Below are positions 29,538 to 39,793 of a stretch of 64,000 nucleotides of DNA, piece by piece. The position numbers were made by a program, and so were the translations under genes. The notes beneath the pieces were generated by a model. It saw only the letters and a list, made by a program, of their open reading frames with translations. It was not told the origin of the DNA and did no database searches. Position 1 is the stretch's first letter. Every line of letters begins with the position of its first letter. Origin of the DNA: Abditibacterium sp. (lineage in GTDB: Bacteria; Armatimonadota; Abditibacteriia; Abditibacteriales; Abditibacteriaceae); assembly GCA_965199495.1 (NCBI GenBank), contig CBDASK010000003.1, positions 576,001 to 640,000 of the forward strand, given 5' to 3'.

Positions 29538-31520
29538 ATGGTATTAAGTCACAAGCGTTTTTTCTCATATTTTGGAAGGAGAGCGCGCTTTTCCCGGAGA
29601 AATTCAACCATGATATTCCCCTACTCGCTGGCCTGTGCCAACCCGCTATGGAGCGGCAAATCCCGTCTTTTGTGCGTGAGCATCGCGATGCTCGCGTTGG
29701 GAGCGCTCGCTGGCTCGGTTTCGGCTCAGCAACCCGCCGCAACTGACGCTCAAGAGCCAGACATCACGACATTGTGGTCGCGCACATTCGCTCCCGCATC
29801 GCTTGATACCGCCCAGAGAAAACCAATAACCGGAGACGCATCTGAGTCTCCCGCAGACGATCCGGCAAAGCCGAACCCCAAAGATTCGGGGAGCGCGAAG
29901 AAAGATACATCCTTGGTAGATAATATCAATAAGTTTTACGGCGCGCCCGAAGGGAAAGAATATATCACGGAACAGGGCAAGGGCTTTTATTACATCAAAG
30001 GGCCGCGCGCTAAAGTCGTGGCGATCAAACGCGATTTGCTCAGGATAGACGCCGCCCGGCCTCAAGTGCAGCTCGATATGTGGACGGTGCAAATCAGTGG
30101 CAACCCCAAGTCCATCGCCAAAAACTCCGCCGAGATTCGAGAGAAATTCGACCGCGCCAATCAGGCGATGCAAATGGTGAAAAGTCTGCGGGGCGACGCC
30201 GCGCAAAACCCGCAGTATCTCGATTACTCCGACCCGCTTTTATCAACTGACCCGAACACAGGGTTTTTACAAAAAATCGGCTTCAATCCCGATCCGCTAC
30301 GGCCTTTGTCGCTCACCGAATCGCTGATTTTTCTGGGTTTGCAAACCGCCATCGTCAACCCCGATGGAACTCTCAAGAAAGACGGGAAGGGCGAACCCGG
30401 CTATTTTCAGGGCAAGATGGTTTCTTGGAGCAATTACTCTGACCAAGACAAAAAGAGCATCGCCCGGATTTGCACTCTCAAAAAATTGCAGCAACAGGTC
30501 GCCGCCCTCAACTCTTCTGCTCTGCTAATGGCTTTGGGCGATCAGTTCAAAACCGATGGCAAGGCCAATCCGGACAAGCTATTGCTCAACTTATTGGACG
30601 CGTATTCCAGCAACCCGGCTTCTGATCGGGCCGGAATTTTCCAGTTCGCCGAGGCCGCAAAAGATTTCGATGATCCCAGTCGCTCTCTTATGCAACAGGA
30701 AAAGGACATCGCCCGCTTGCGCGCGACGGCAGCCGCCAGCGACCGTTTGATCAAAGCGGCGACCGACGCGTTTGCTTTTGATATGCAGGAGATGTTTCTC
30801 AAGCCGATTTTCGATGAGGTCTCCCAAAAAGCGGGCAGCACGACATCGGGCGTTGCGCTCACGGGCAAGGCTCGCTTGGTCGTGACCAGTCGCATTCAAA
30901 CCGGCATTAACCCGCAAATGAACTCCTACGTCGAGACCACGCGCCCCAAACCGCTCGACCTCAAAGCGTTAATGGGCCAACCGGCGAGTGGTTCCTCCAA
31001 TGCAGCCACGCCGTCGGCATCGGGAGACGCGCGGGCATTGAGCGGTTTATTGTCTCAGCCGCAATTGTTGCTTTTGGGCGCGGCGCTCAACCCAGTTGAA
31101 CCCGAAATTACCCAAGTCGCGCCCGGCGTGGCTATTAACGTTCTGCCCACGGTTTTGCCCGATGGCGGCTCGGCCCGTTTGCAACTCGATTTCGATTTCG
31201 GCGTGCAATCGAAGGTGATCGCATCGGTCGAAAAAGAAAATGGGCGGCGCGCCTCGGTGCCCGTGGATGGCATCGTCAGCAACCACGTCAAAACCGATCT
31301 CACCATCAGCGCTTTTGAACTGTTCGATGTCTCGTCGTTTTCGGTCGAAAGTTCCTATCCGCGCTCGCGCTATCTGCCCGTTATCGGCTCGATTCCGCTT
31401 TTGGGCGAAATCATCAAAAAGCCGCCCAAAAACAAAGTGACGCGCCATGAAAGCCTCGTTTTGGTCAACGCGATTATTCTGCCGCGCGTGCTCGATCTCA
31501 CCCACTTTTACGGAGATTAA
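29538..31520 (+). CDS. Divergent secretin-like (GspD/PilQ superfamily) protein; start uncertain
   Basis: Signal-like hydrophobic stretch. PQVQLDMWTVQIS, GVAINVLPTVLPDG and LPVIGSIPLLGEII...ESLVLVNAIIL match secretin core motifs. Confidence 0.7.
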   Translation: MVLSHKRFFSYFGRRARFSRRNSTMIFPYSLACANPLWSGKSRLLCVSIAMLALGALAGSVSAQQPAATDAQEPDITTLWSRTFAPASLDTAQRKPITGDASESPADDPAKPNPKDSGSAKKDTSLVDNINKFYGAPEGKEYITEQGKGFYYIKGPRAKVVAIKRDLLRIDAARPQVQLDMWTVQISGNPKSIAKNSAEIREKFDRANQAMQMVKSLRGDAAQNPQYLDYSDPLLSTDPNTGFLQKIGFNPDPLRPLSLTESLIFLGLQTAIVNPDGTLKKDGKGEPGYFQGKMVSWSNYSDQDKKSIARICTLKKLQQQVAALNSSALLMALGDQFKTDGKANPDKLLLNLLDAYSSNPASDRAGIFQFAEAAKDFDDPSRSLMQQEKDIARLRATAAASDRLIKAATDAFAFDMQEMFLKPIFDEVSQKAGSTTSGVALTGKARLVVTSRIQTGINPQMNSYVETTRPKPLDLKALMGQPASGSSNAATPSASGDARALSGLLSQPQLLLLGAALNPVEPEITQVAPGVAINVLPTVLPDGGSARLQLDFDFGVQSKVIASVEKENGRRASVPVDGIVSNHVKTDLTISAFELFDVSSFSVESSYPRSRYLPVIGSIPLLGEIIKKPPKNKVTRHESLVLVNAIILPRVLDLTHFYGD

Positions 31521-31522
31521 AT

Positions 31523-32773
31523 ATGAGTTCTGAAACCGCAATCGCCCCAAATATCTCGATTTCGCCCGCCAGCTACGCGCCGGTTCAAGCAGACAAACGT
31601 AGACAAGCGCGAGATAAGCCAAAAGAAGGCATCGCGCTGGCGTTGTCGGGCGGTGGCTATCGCGCCATGCTCTTTCATCTGGGCAGTTTGTGGCGGCTCA
31701 ACGAACTGGGCGTTTTGTCGCAGCTCGAACGCGTTTCGAGCGTTTCCGGCGGCTCGATCACGGCGGGCGTGCTGGGTTTGCGCTGGCACGAGTTGGGCCT
31801 CGACGGTGGCGCGAATGCCGTCGCGTCGCGCGAGGATTTCGTGCGTTTGGTGGTTGCGCCGATCCGCGCGCTGGCGGGCCGCAGCATTGATGTGAGTTCG
31901 TCGTTGCTCGGCGTTTTCGGGCCGGGCACGGCGGGCGACTGGATCGCGCGCGCCTACAGTAAACGTGTTTTTCATGGCGCCACTTTGCAGGATTTGCCCG
32001 ACAAACCGCGCTTTGTCATCAACGCGACCAATGTGCAATCGGGCGTGTTATGGCGTTTTTCCAAGCCTTACATGCGCGATTACAAAGTCGGCCAAATCGA
32101 AAATCCCAATATTCCCCTGGCGGTGGCTGTTGCGGCCTCGTCGGCGTTTCCGCCGTTTCTTTCGCCGCTCGTGCTGCACCTGCAACCTTCGCAATTCACA
32201 CCCGGCAGTGGCGAGCAAAAATACGGTGGCAAAGGCGACGTGTTGGACGACACATTTCGCGGCAAAATCGTGCTGACCGATGGCGGCATTTATGACAATC
32301 TGGGATTGGAGACCGTTTGGAAAAAGTATCTGACAGTTTTGGTTTCCGATGGCGGCGGACAAATCGAGCCAGATGCCAAACGGCGGCACGACTGGCTGCA
32401 TCACCTCGCCGACGTGTTGGGCTGGACGGATAATCAGGTGCGCAGTCTGCGCAAACGGCAATTGATGGACTCGCTGACGCTGAAAAGCAGAACGCGCGGC
32501 GGCCCCGACGACGGACGCGACGGCGCCTACTGGGGCATCCGCGCCGATTTAGCGAAATATGGTCTGACCGATGCGCTGCCTTGTCCTCTCGAACGCACGA
32601 TGGAACTGGCGAAAACGCCGACGCGGCTCACGCGACTGGACGCCACGCGCCAAGAACAATTGATCAATTGGGGCTACGCCGCCTGCGACGCGGCGCTACG
32701 AAAACACTGCGCCGCGCCATTGATTCAACCGACGCCGCCCGCGCGATTCCCCTATGTCGGCGGCGTCGGGTAA
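31523..32773 (+). CDS. Patatin-like phospholipase
   Basis: ALSGGGYRA oxyanion loop, SVSGGS nucleophile, DGGIYDNLG. Confidence 0.92.
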   Translation: MSSETAIAPNISISPASYAPVQADKRRQARDKPKEGIALALSGGGYRAMLFHLGSLWRLNELGVLSQLERVSSVSGGSITAGVLGLRWHELGLDGGANAVASREDFVRLVVAPIRALAGRSIDVSSSLLGVFGPGTAGDWIARAYSKRVFHGATLQDLPDKPRFVINATNVQSGVLWRFSKPYMRDYKVGQIENPNIPLAVAVAASSAFPPFLSPLVLHLQPSQFTPGSGEQKYGGKGDVLDDTFRGKIVLTDGGIYDNLGLETVWKKYLTVLVSDGGGQIEPDAKRRHDWLHHLADVLGWTDNQVRSLRKRQLMDSLTLKSRTRGGPDDGRDGAYWGIRADLAKYGLTDALPCPLERTMELAKTPTRLTRLDATRQEQLINWGYAACDAALRKHCAAPLIQPTPPARFPYVGGVG

Positions 32774-32788
32774 ACGACCGAAATTATC

Positions 32789-34768
32789 ATGCAAACACCC
32801 AACGAAAGCGCGCCCATAGCCCCAAATATGGCCTCGAAAAACGTGCTTGTCCAGCGTCCGCCGTTTCGCTGGTTGCGCGCCTACGCGTTCGATCCGAGTT
32901 TCGCCCTGCAATTGGAAACCGCCATCGTCAACGCGGTCACGTTCAAAGTCCCGTGGGAATTCGCGGCGCCCACAAAAACGAACGCGGTTCCCAATCGCCC
33001 ACTCGAAAGCGAATCTGATTTTCTCCAGCCGGGGCCGGTCGGCGAATATCTGGAAGTCGTGGATTTCGATCCGGCCTCCAACTGTTTTTATCAGCCGGTG
33101 GATTTGAATCATCCGTATTTGCTGGCGCAAGATGGGCTGGCGCCTTCGTTGGGCAACCCGCAATTTCACCAGCAGATGGTTTACGCCGTCGCCATGACGA
33201 CCATCGGCAATTTCGAGCGCGCGTTGGGGCGGCGCGCGTTGTGGTCACCGCACGTTACGCCCGACAAAAGCGAAGAATTCGTGCGCCGTTTGCGCGTTTA
33301 CCCGCACGCTTTGCGCGAGGCCAACGCGTTTTATAGTCCCGACAAAAAAGCGCTTTTGTTCGGCTATTTTCCGGCGACGGCGGCGCAAGACGGCAACTTG
33401 CCGGTTGGCATGGTGTTCACCTGTCTGTCGCACGACATTATCGCGCACGAGACGACGCACGCCTTACTTGATGGGATGCAGCGCCGTTTTATCGAGCCGA
33501 GCAACCCCGACGTTTTGGCGTTTCACGAAGGGTTTGCCGACATCGTGGCGCTGTTTCAGCATTTCAGTTTGCCCGAAGTTTTGCGCCATCAAATCGCGCG
33601 CACGCGCGGCGATTTGCGCCAGCAAAGTCTGCTCGGACAAATGGCCGTCGAGTTCGGCGGCGCGACCGGACATTATGGCGCGCTGCGCGATGCCATCGGC
33701 AGAATTGATCCAGAAACGCACGAGTGGACTGCGACGAAACCCGATGCAACTGCGCTGCAAAGCGAGTTCGAGCCGCACACGCGCGGCGCGATTTTAGTCG
33801 CCGCCGTTTTCGATGCGTTTTTGTCTATCTACGGCTCGCGCGTGGCTGACCTGCTGCGGCTGGCGACGAGCGGGAGCGGCGTGTTGCCGCAGGGCGAAAT
33901 CCATCCCGATTTGGTGAACCGCCTGGCCATCGAAGCCTCCAAATCGGCGCAACACATTTTGACGATGTGCATTCGCGCGCTCGATTATTGCCCGCCGACC
34001 GACATCACTTTCGGCGAATTTTTGCGCGCGCTGATTACCGCCGACTACGATCTGGTGCGCAACGATGACCGAGGCTATCGCATCGCGGTCATCGAAGCGT
34101 TTCGGCGACGCGGCATCTCGCCGCGCGAAGTGCGCACGATTTCCGAAGAGAGTCTGCGCTGGAAATGCCCCAATCCGTGGGATTATGAACACACCCGTTT
34201 CGAGGAGGTTGAGGCGCTGCTCAAACCGCTGGAAATCTGGAATTTGAAAAGCGACCGCCGCGAGATATGGGAGCGCAATCGAGCCGCGTGCGAAGAGTTG
34301 CGCAAAGTCATTGATAGCCGCCGTGTGCCGGAAGCCGATCTCAAAGAAAACCCCAACGCTCGCATGGTGATGGGATTGGATTTGGGGCAGGACGCGCCGC
34401 CGTTTATCGTCGAATCCATTCGGCCCGCGACGCGCATCGGGCCAGACGGGCAAATGCAACGCGATTTCATCGTGCAGGTGACGCAGCAACGCGAAGAAAT
34501 TTTGCGCAACGATCCCGATCCGGAACGCGTGGTGAAATTCATCTTTCGCGGTGGCTGCACGCTCATCATCAGCGCCGAAGATTACGAAGTGCGTTACTGC
34601 GTCATCAAAAGTTTCCGCTCCGAATCGCGTTTGGAACGCCAACGCAGCTGGCTCGAAGGCCGCAGCGACGCCTCGCTGGCGGTCACCTATTTCGGTAGCG
34701 CACTCTTGGGCCAACAGCGCGAACCGTTCGCGCTCTTGCATCGCACCCTGGAGGACGAAAAACCATGA
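32789..34768 (+). CDS. Gluzincin (M4/M36-like) zinc metallopeptidase
   Basis: NAFYS, DIIAHETTHALLD (HExxH), FHEGFAD third ligand; no signal peptide. Confidence 0.85.
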   Translation: MQTPNESAPIAPNMASKNVLVQRPPFRWLRAYAFDPSFALQLETAIVNAVTFKVPWEFAAPTKTNAVPNRPLESESDFLQPGPVGEYLEVVDFDPASNCFYQPVDLNHPYLLAQDGLAPSLGNPQFHQQMVYAVAMTTIGNFERALGRRALWSPHVTPDKSEEFVRRLRVYPHALREANAFYSPDKKALLFGYFPATAAQDGNLPVGMVFTCLSHDIIAHETTHALLDGMQRRFIEPSNPDVLAFHEGFADIVALFQHFSLPEVLRHQIARTRGDLRQQSLLGQMAVEFGGATGHYGALRDAIGRIDPETHEWTATKPDATALQSEFEPHTRGAILVAAVFDAFLSIYGSRVADLLRLATSGSGVLPQGEIHPDLVNRLAIEASKSAQHILTMCIRALDYCPPTDITFGEFLRALITADYDLVRNDDRGYRIAVIEAFRRRGISPREVRTISEESLRWKCPNPWDYEHTRFEEVEALLKPLEIWNLKSDRREIWERNRAACEELRKVIDSRRVPEADLKENPNARMVMGLDLGQDAPPFIVESIRPATRIGPDGQMQRDFIVQVTQQREEILRNDPDPERVVKFIFRGGCTLIISAEDYEVRYCVIKSFRSESRLERQRSWLEGRSDASLAVTYFGSALLGQQREPFALLHRTLEDEKP

Positions 34769-36312
34769 GCCAAACTCAAATTCCCGCCGCATCACCGACT
34801 TCAGAACCGTTGATGACGGCACCCAAGAATGGCGTCAAAGTGCGGATGTATCGGCAAGGTCTGGGCGACTGTTTTCTGCTGGCCTTTAGCGCGCCCGACC
34901 AAACCGCGCGTTATATGCTGATCGATTGCGGCGTGCTGAGCGGAACCGAAAACGCGGGCGCAACCATGAACAAAGTTATGGAGAGCATCGCTCAGGCGAC
35001 CGGCGGACATCTGCACATCGTGCTGGCGACGCACGAACATTACGATCATCTCAGCGGTTTTCTCTACGCCCAAGAGACATTTAAAAATCTGCAAGTGGAC
35101 GAGGCGTGGCTGGCCTGGACGGAAGACCCGACGCATCCGTACGCCATCGAACTGCGCCGCAAAAAAGTCCGCACACTGCGCGCGGTCGAAGCGGCGGTCA
35201 AATGTCTGGATAACGCCCGCGACGACGAAAACGCGCGCAATACGGCACTTGGCTTGAGCGCGATGTTCGGGTTTTATGGCGAGAACGAAACGCTGGGCGC
35301 CGATGGCCAAGCGCGGGTTCCGCAAACTCAGCAAGCGCTAAAAATCGTGCGCGACAACGTCGAAGGCGAACCGCGCTATTGCCAACCCGGCGAAGAATTG
35401 GAGGTCAAAGGCGTAGAAAATGCGCGCATTTACGTGTTGGGGCCGCCCGAAAACGAGTTGATCAAACAGAGCGACCCGACCAAAAGCGGCAGGGAGGTCT
35501 ACGAAAAACCGGAGGCGAGCGAGGTCGCGGGCGTAAACGTAGGGGCGTTTTTTCAGGCGGCGCAAAGCGTCCTGATGGAAGAAGACGACTTGAACATGGA
35601 AGAACGCGAAGCGCGCAATCTCAACTTTCCCTTCGATAGCAGCCACCGGCTCGGCGCGCCCGATGTCGAGAAGAACGAAAACGGACAATTCGACTTTTTT
35701 CGGCAACATTATTTCGGCGCGCCCGACGATGCAAAAGATGATTCGAGTTGGCGGCGCATCGATCACGATTGGTTGGGCGCGGCGGGCCAACTGGCGCTCA
35801 AACTCGATAGCGATACCAACAACACCAGTCTGGCGCTGGCCATCGAACTTAAAGATAGTGGCCATGTGCTGCTTTTCCCCGCCGATGCTCAAGTCGGCAA
35901 CTGGCTTTCGTGGGAAAGTTTGGGGTGGAAGGTGCTCGGCAAAAACGGCAAGAAAAAGCGCATTGATGCCTCCGATTTGCTGGGGCGAACGGTGCTTTAT
36001 AAAGTCGGCCATCACGCCAGCCACAACGCGACTTTGCGCGCCAAAGGCTTGGAATTGATGACAAGTCCCGATTTGGTGGCACTGATTCCCGTTGACGAAA
36101 AAGTCGCGCGCCGTCAAGGCAGCCACGGCGGCTGGGATATGCCGTTTCCGCCGCTTTTGGAACGGCTCCACGAAAAGACCAAAGGCCGCGTGATTCGCGC
36201 CGACCAAAATTTCCCAAAGGATAAACCAGAGAAATTGAGTGAGGCGGATTGGCAGTCTTTTCAAGACAATTACCGCGAAACCGAGTTGTGGATGGAATTT
36301 ACCGTAAATTAA
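34765..36312 (+). CDS. MBL-fold metallo-hydrolase (ComEC/Rec2-like motifs)
   Basis: GLGDCFLL, LIDCG, THEHYDHLSG, NNTSL, KVGHHASHNAT; 4-bp overlap with the peptidase gene. Confidence 0.88.
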   Translation: MSQTQIPAASPTSEPLMTAPKNGVKVRMYRQGLGDCFLLAFSAPDQTARYMLIDCGVLSGTENAGATMNKVMESIAQATGGHLHIVLATHEHYDHLSGFLYAQETFKNLQVDEAWLAWTEDPTHPYAIELRRKKVRTLRAVEAAVKCLDNARDDENARNTALGLSAMFGFYGENETLGADGQARVPQTQQALKIVRDNVEGEPRYCQPGEELEVKGVENARIYVLGPPENELIKQSDPTKSGREVYEKPEASEVAGVNVGAFFQAAQSVLMEEDDLNMEEREARNLNFPFDSSHRLGAPDVEKNENGQFDFFRQHYFGAPDDAKDDSSWRRIDHDWLGAAGQLALKLDSDTNNTSLALAIELKDSGHVLLFPADAQVGNWLSWESLGWKVLGKNGKKKRIDASDLLGRTVLYKVGHHASHNATLRAKGLELMTSPDLVALIPVDEKVARRQGSHGGWDMPFPPLLERLHEKTKGRVIRADQNFPKDKPEKLSEADWQSFQDNYRETELWMEFTVN

Positions 36313-36419
36313 TGATTCGCCAATTGAGGTAAGTTCGTCATTGGTTTTCTGTTTATAATTGGGCTTCTTCCCGCGCGCTTCAATTCATTTTATTTGTAAA
36401 CATTTCGCTGCAATCACTT

Positions 36420-37454
36420 ATGAAAACTTTCAAAAACTATTGCACAGCGCTATTGGCCACGATGCTGTGCGCCTACGCCCTATTTTTTAACATGAATACT
36501 TCCGCATCCGCCCAATCCCAAAAGCCAGCAATGGTTTTCGCCGACGCTTCGCGTGGGCGCGAACTCTCCAAAGACCCATCGGTCGTTTTTTTCAAGGGCC
36601 GATATTTCATGTATTATTCGCTTGGCCCGTGGGTAAACGGAAGCCCGCCGCCCACCGGTCTGGCGGCGAATATGTGGACGATTGGCATTGCGGCCAGCAC
36701 TGACATGACGCACTGGCAAAAAGTCGGCGAACTTTTGCCGGGCGGCGATTACGATAAAAAAGGGCTGGCCGCACCGGGCGCGCGCGTTTTGAAGGGTAGG
36801 ATTCATCTGTTTTACCAGACTTACGGCAACGAAACGGGCGATTCGATCTGTCACGCGACTTCCGACGACGGCGTGAATTTTTCGCGCGACGCCAGCAATC
36901 CAATCTTTCATCCGAGCGGTTCGTGGACGGTCGGGCGCGCCATTGACGCCGAAGTTTTCCCCGTCGGCGACCGTTTAATGCTCTACTTCGCCACGCGCGA
37001 TCCGGCTTTTGTCATCCAGAAAATTGGTCTGGCCAGCGCGCCGCTCGATTCGGATTTTGCGCGAGACAAATGGAAAGCGGAAAGCATCGGTTCGATTCTG
37101 GCGCCCGAATTGGATTGGGAAAAAAACTGTATCGAAGCGCCAACGCTCACGCAGCACGACGGCAAATTGTGGATGTTCTATGCCGGTGGCTACAACAACG
37201 AGCCACAACAGATCGGTGCCGCGTGGTCAACCGATGGCTTCGGTTGGCATCGCTTATCGGAAAAACCGCTATTGCCCAACGGCGCGCCCGGCAGTTGGAA
37301 TTCGAGCGAATCGGGCCATCCCGGAATTTTTGAAGATCCGCAAAGTGGGCGCACCTTTTTGTTTTATCAGGGCAACAACGACGGCGGCAAAAGCTGGTAT
37401 TTGTCCAAAGTCGAAGTGTTATGGCGCGACGGCAAACCGCAACTCGCGCCGTAA
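36420..37454 (+). CDS. Secreted five-bladed beta-propeller glycoside hydrolase (GH43/32/130-like)
   Basis: Signal peptide; KDPSVV, AAPG, AIDAEVF, CIEAP, SGHPG. Confidence 0.85.
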   Translation: MKTFKNYCTALLATMLCAYALFFNMNTSASAQSQKPAMVFADASRGRELSKDPSVVFFKGRYFMYYSLGPWVNGSPPPTGLAANMWTIGIAASTDMTHWQKVGELLPGGDYDKKGLAAPGARVLKGRIHLFYQTYGNETGDSICHATSDDGVNFSRDASNPIFHPSGSWTVGRAIDAEVFPVGDRLMLYFATRDPAFVIQKIGLASAPLDSDFARDKWKAESIGSILAPELDWEKNCIEAPTLTQHDGKLWMFYAGGYNNEPQQIGAAWSTDGFGWHRLSEKPLLPNGAPGSWNSSESGHPGIFEDPQSGRTFLFYQGNNDGGKSWYLSKVEVLWRDGKPQLAP

Positions 37455-37563
37455 AATTTCAATTTAATAATTCACCTTATGTAGCGAAGTGTGATAGTCC
37501 CTTCGTTCGTGATAGGTGCGGCGTTGAGCGTAAAAGGAAATTGCACGCAGCGTCAATTACGAC

Positions 37564-38655
37564 TTAGCAACACGCGGTATCATCCAACTTTTCTTCCCAA
37601 TATTTGCGACTTGGCAAACGTTCAACAAATGCGCGCGCCCGACGCGTTTCGCGCGCGGTGTCGCGTCCGGCCCATTGCAAAAGTTCGAGCTTTTTCAATC
37701 GCAAGCGCGCTTCTTGAAACGCCAGCCCATGAGATCGCAAAACGCGCAATTCGTCCTGACAAACGCGCAACGCTTCGTCCCATTCTTCATTTGTTTGATG
37801 ATAAACAATCGCGCCAAAACCGACGGCGTTGTGGGGCGTCGTCATGCGATTTTGCACGGCGAAGGCGCGCCCGTAAAGTTGCGCGGCTTCGGCGTCATCG
37901 TCGTTCCAGCGAGCAGCCACGGCGCGCCACATCAACGCCGAGGCGATAATGGAATCGCGGCTTTTTTCGCGCGCGTAGATTTCGGCTTGCGCCGCCAGTT
38001 CGCCCAGTTGTTCGCGCGCCGTGGCTGGTTCGTAGCGCACCAGAAGTTTGCAAACCAAATTGAGCGCACTCATGCCATAATGTGCGCGCGAACTGGGTTC
38101 GTCCTGATTTTGCGCCTCGGCCACATAATCCCACGCCGCCGCGAGCGTAGCCGAGCCATCTGGCTCTTCGAGCGATTCGAGAAACGCCGCCCACTGTTGC
38201 AGATAATGAGGCCGAAAATCGTCGAAGCCCGCGCCGTAACGCCGAATGACATCGAACGCCGCGCGGATGGATTTTTCGTGCGCAATCGGGTCGAGCGCGC
38301 GATAGGCCGAGACCAATTCGAGATTAATCGAGGCGCGAAACGGCGAGCCGTCGTAAACCGGTTTGACGACTTCAATCGCCGCGCGCGCCGCCAAATCGAG
38401 CGCGGCGCGCGCGTCCTGTTTATAAACCAACAGCGTCGAGATTTTCCAGCCCTCGAAGAACATTTCCCACCACGGCTCGCGCATCTGAATGGCCAGCGCG
38501 TGCCCGGCCTCGAAGGCGGCGAAACGTTCGTCGGGACTATTGGGCGCCACATCGCCCGCGCGGATGTAATGCCCGACCAAACGTAACGCCGCGTAGTCGC
38601 CGTTGCGAATCGCCTCGTGCTGATAATCGGCCAGCCAATCCCAAATCGAACTCAT
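37564..38655 (-). CDS. Helical-repeat hypothetical protein, paralog 1 (363 aa)
   Basis: Start MSSIWDW overlaps the upstream stop (ATGA). Shares EPWW, KP.YD, LDPI, QQW, MWRAVAAR and PHN motifs with three neighbours. Confidence 0.85.
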   Translation of the reverse strand: MSSIWDWLADYQHEAIRNGDYAALRLVGHYIRAGDVAPNSPDERFAAFEAGHALAIQMREPWWEMFFEGWKISTLLVYKQDARAALDLAARAAIEVVKPVYDGSPFRASINLELVSAYRALDPIAHEKSIRAAFDVIRRYGAGFDDFRPHYLQQWAAFLESLEEPDGSATLAAAWDYVAEAQNQDEPSSRAHYGMSALNLVCKLLVRYEPATAREQLGELAAQAEIYAREKSRDSIIASALMWRAVAARWNDDDAEAAQLYGRAFAVQNRMTTPHNAVGFGAIVYHQTNEEWDEALRVCQDELRVLRSHGLAFQEARLRLKKLELLQWAGRDTARETRRARAFVERLPSRKYWEEKLDDTACC

Positions 38656-39714
38656 AATAGCATCTCCAACTTCGCGAACCAATAATCGCGCGATTTCAAT
38701 TCGTTCGCCGTTTTTCGTGCGCGCCCAATCTCACGCGTCGAATCGCGTCCGGCGAGTTTTAACAATTCACATTTTTTGAGGCGCCATTGGGCTTCATAAA
38801 AAACCTGCCGATGCTTCCGCAAAACACGCAGTTCGTTCTGAACAACGCGCAACGCTGCGTCCCATTCGTTGTGGTTCACGTGAAAAGCGAGAGCGCCAAC
38901 GTTAATGGCGTTGTGCGGAGTCGTCAAACGATTTTGGATTTGGTAGGCGCGCTCATACAATGCGCGTGCGCTCTCTTCGTCGGCCGCTTTGACGCGCAGC
39001 CACGGCGCGCCACATCAAAGCCAAAGCCAAAAACCGGTCGTTTTTGCGGTTACGCGCGTAAATCTCCGCTTGTGAAGCGAGATCGCCCAGCGAAGCCCGT
39101 GCGGTGTCAGGCTCGCTTCCGTCGAGCAATTTGCAAAGCAGAAGTAACGCGCTCGCGCGGTAGTGATCCGAGTTTATTTCGTCGCCCAAACTCAGATATT
39201 CCCAAGCCGCCGTAGTGGCATCGGGATGCTTTGTCACATCGAGAAAATGCGACCATTGCTGCGCCAGAAACGCCGGAAATCCAAGCCATGAATCACCATC
39301 GCGCAAGTAATTGAAGGTCGCCCGAATTTGCGACTCGTGCCAAATTGGGTCAATTTCCATGTAAACCGAAACCAGCAATAAATTTAAATTGGGACGTCCA
39401 GGAAAGCCGTCGTAGAGCGGCTTGGCAACTTCGAGAACGGCACGCGTCGCCAAATCGAGCGCGTCAGTGACTTTCAATTGATGCACAAGTAGCGTGCTGA
39501 TTTGCCAAAACTCATAAAACATAACCCACCACGGTTCGTTCAACCGCCGCGCCAACTCCCCACCCGCGCGAAAAGTCGCCAACTTTTGGTCGGGCGCCTC
39601 GTGGCTCACGGCTCGCGCCCGAAAATAGAAGTCGGTCAAGCGCAAGCGCTCGTCATCGCCATCGTGGAGCGCTTTAAACCGAAAATCATTAATCCACTGC
39701 ATTACGGAAATCAT
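38652..39714 (-). pseudogene. Helical-repeat paralog 2, split by a 1-nt insertion near 38982
   Basis: Removing one C from AGCGGCCGAC gives RQSGDEESARALYERAYQ, collinear with the other paralogs. Confidence 0.8.
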
Positions 39715-39793
39715 GTTTTGAAAGTTTCCTGCACCGCCATTGCGCACAAATAAGATTGCTTAAAGCGCCTCAACGAGTTCTCAATCATATCTT

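Noticed and set aside
29276..29746. Short ORFs in the secretin leader
   Set aside because: They overlap one another, have no motifs or clear RBS, and cannot be supported.
29538..31520. Complete type II secretion or type IV pilus locus
   Set aside because: Only a secretin-like gene is present; there is no ATPase, platform protein or pilin.
33794..36264. Minus-strand ORFs of 342, 177 and 308 aa
   Set aside because: They are antisense to the well-supported peptidase and MBL genes.
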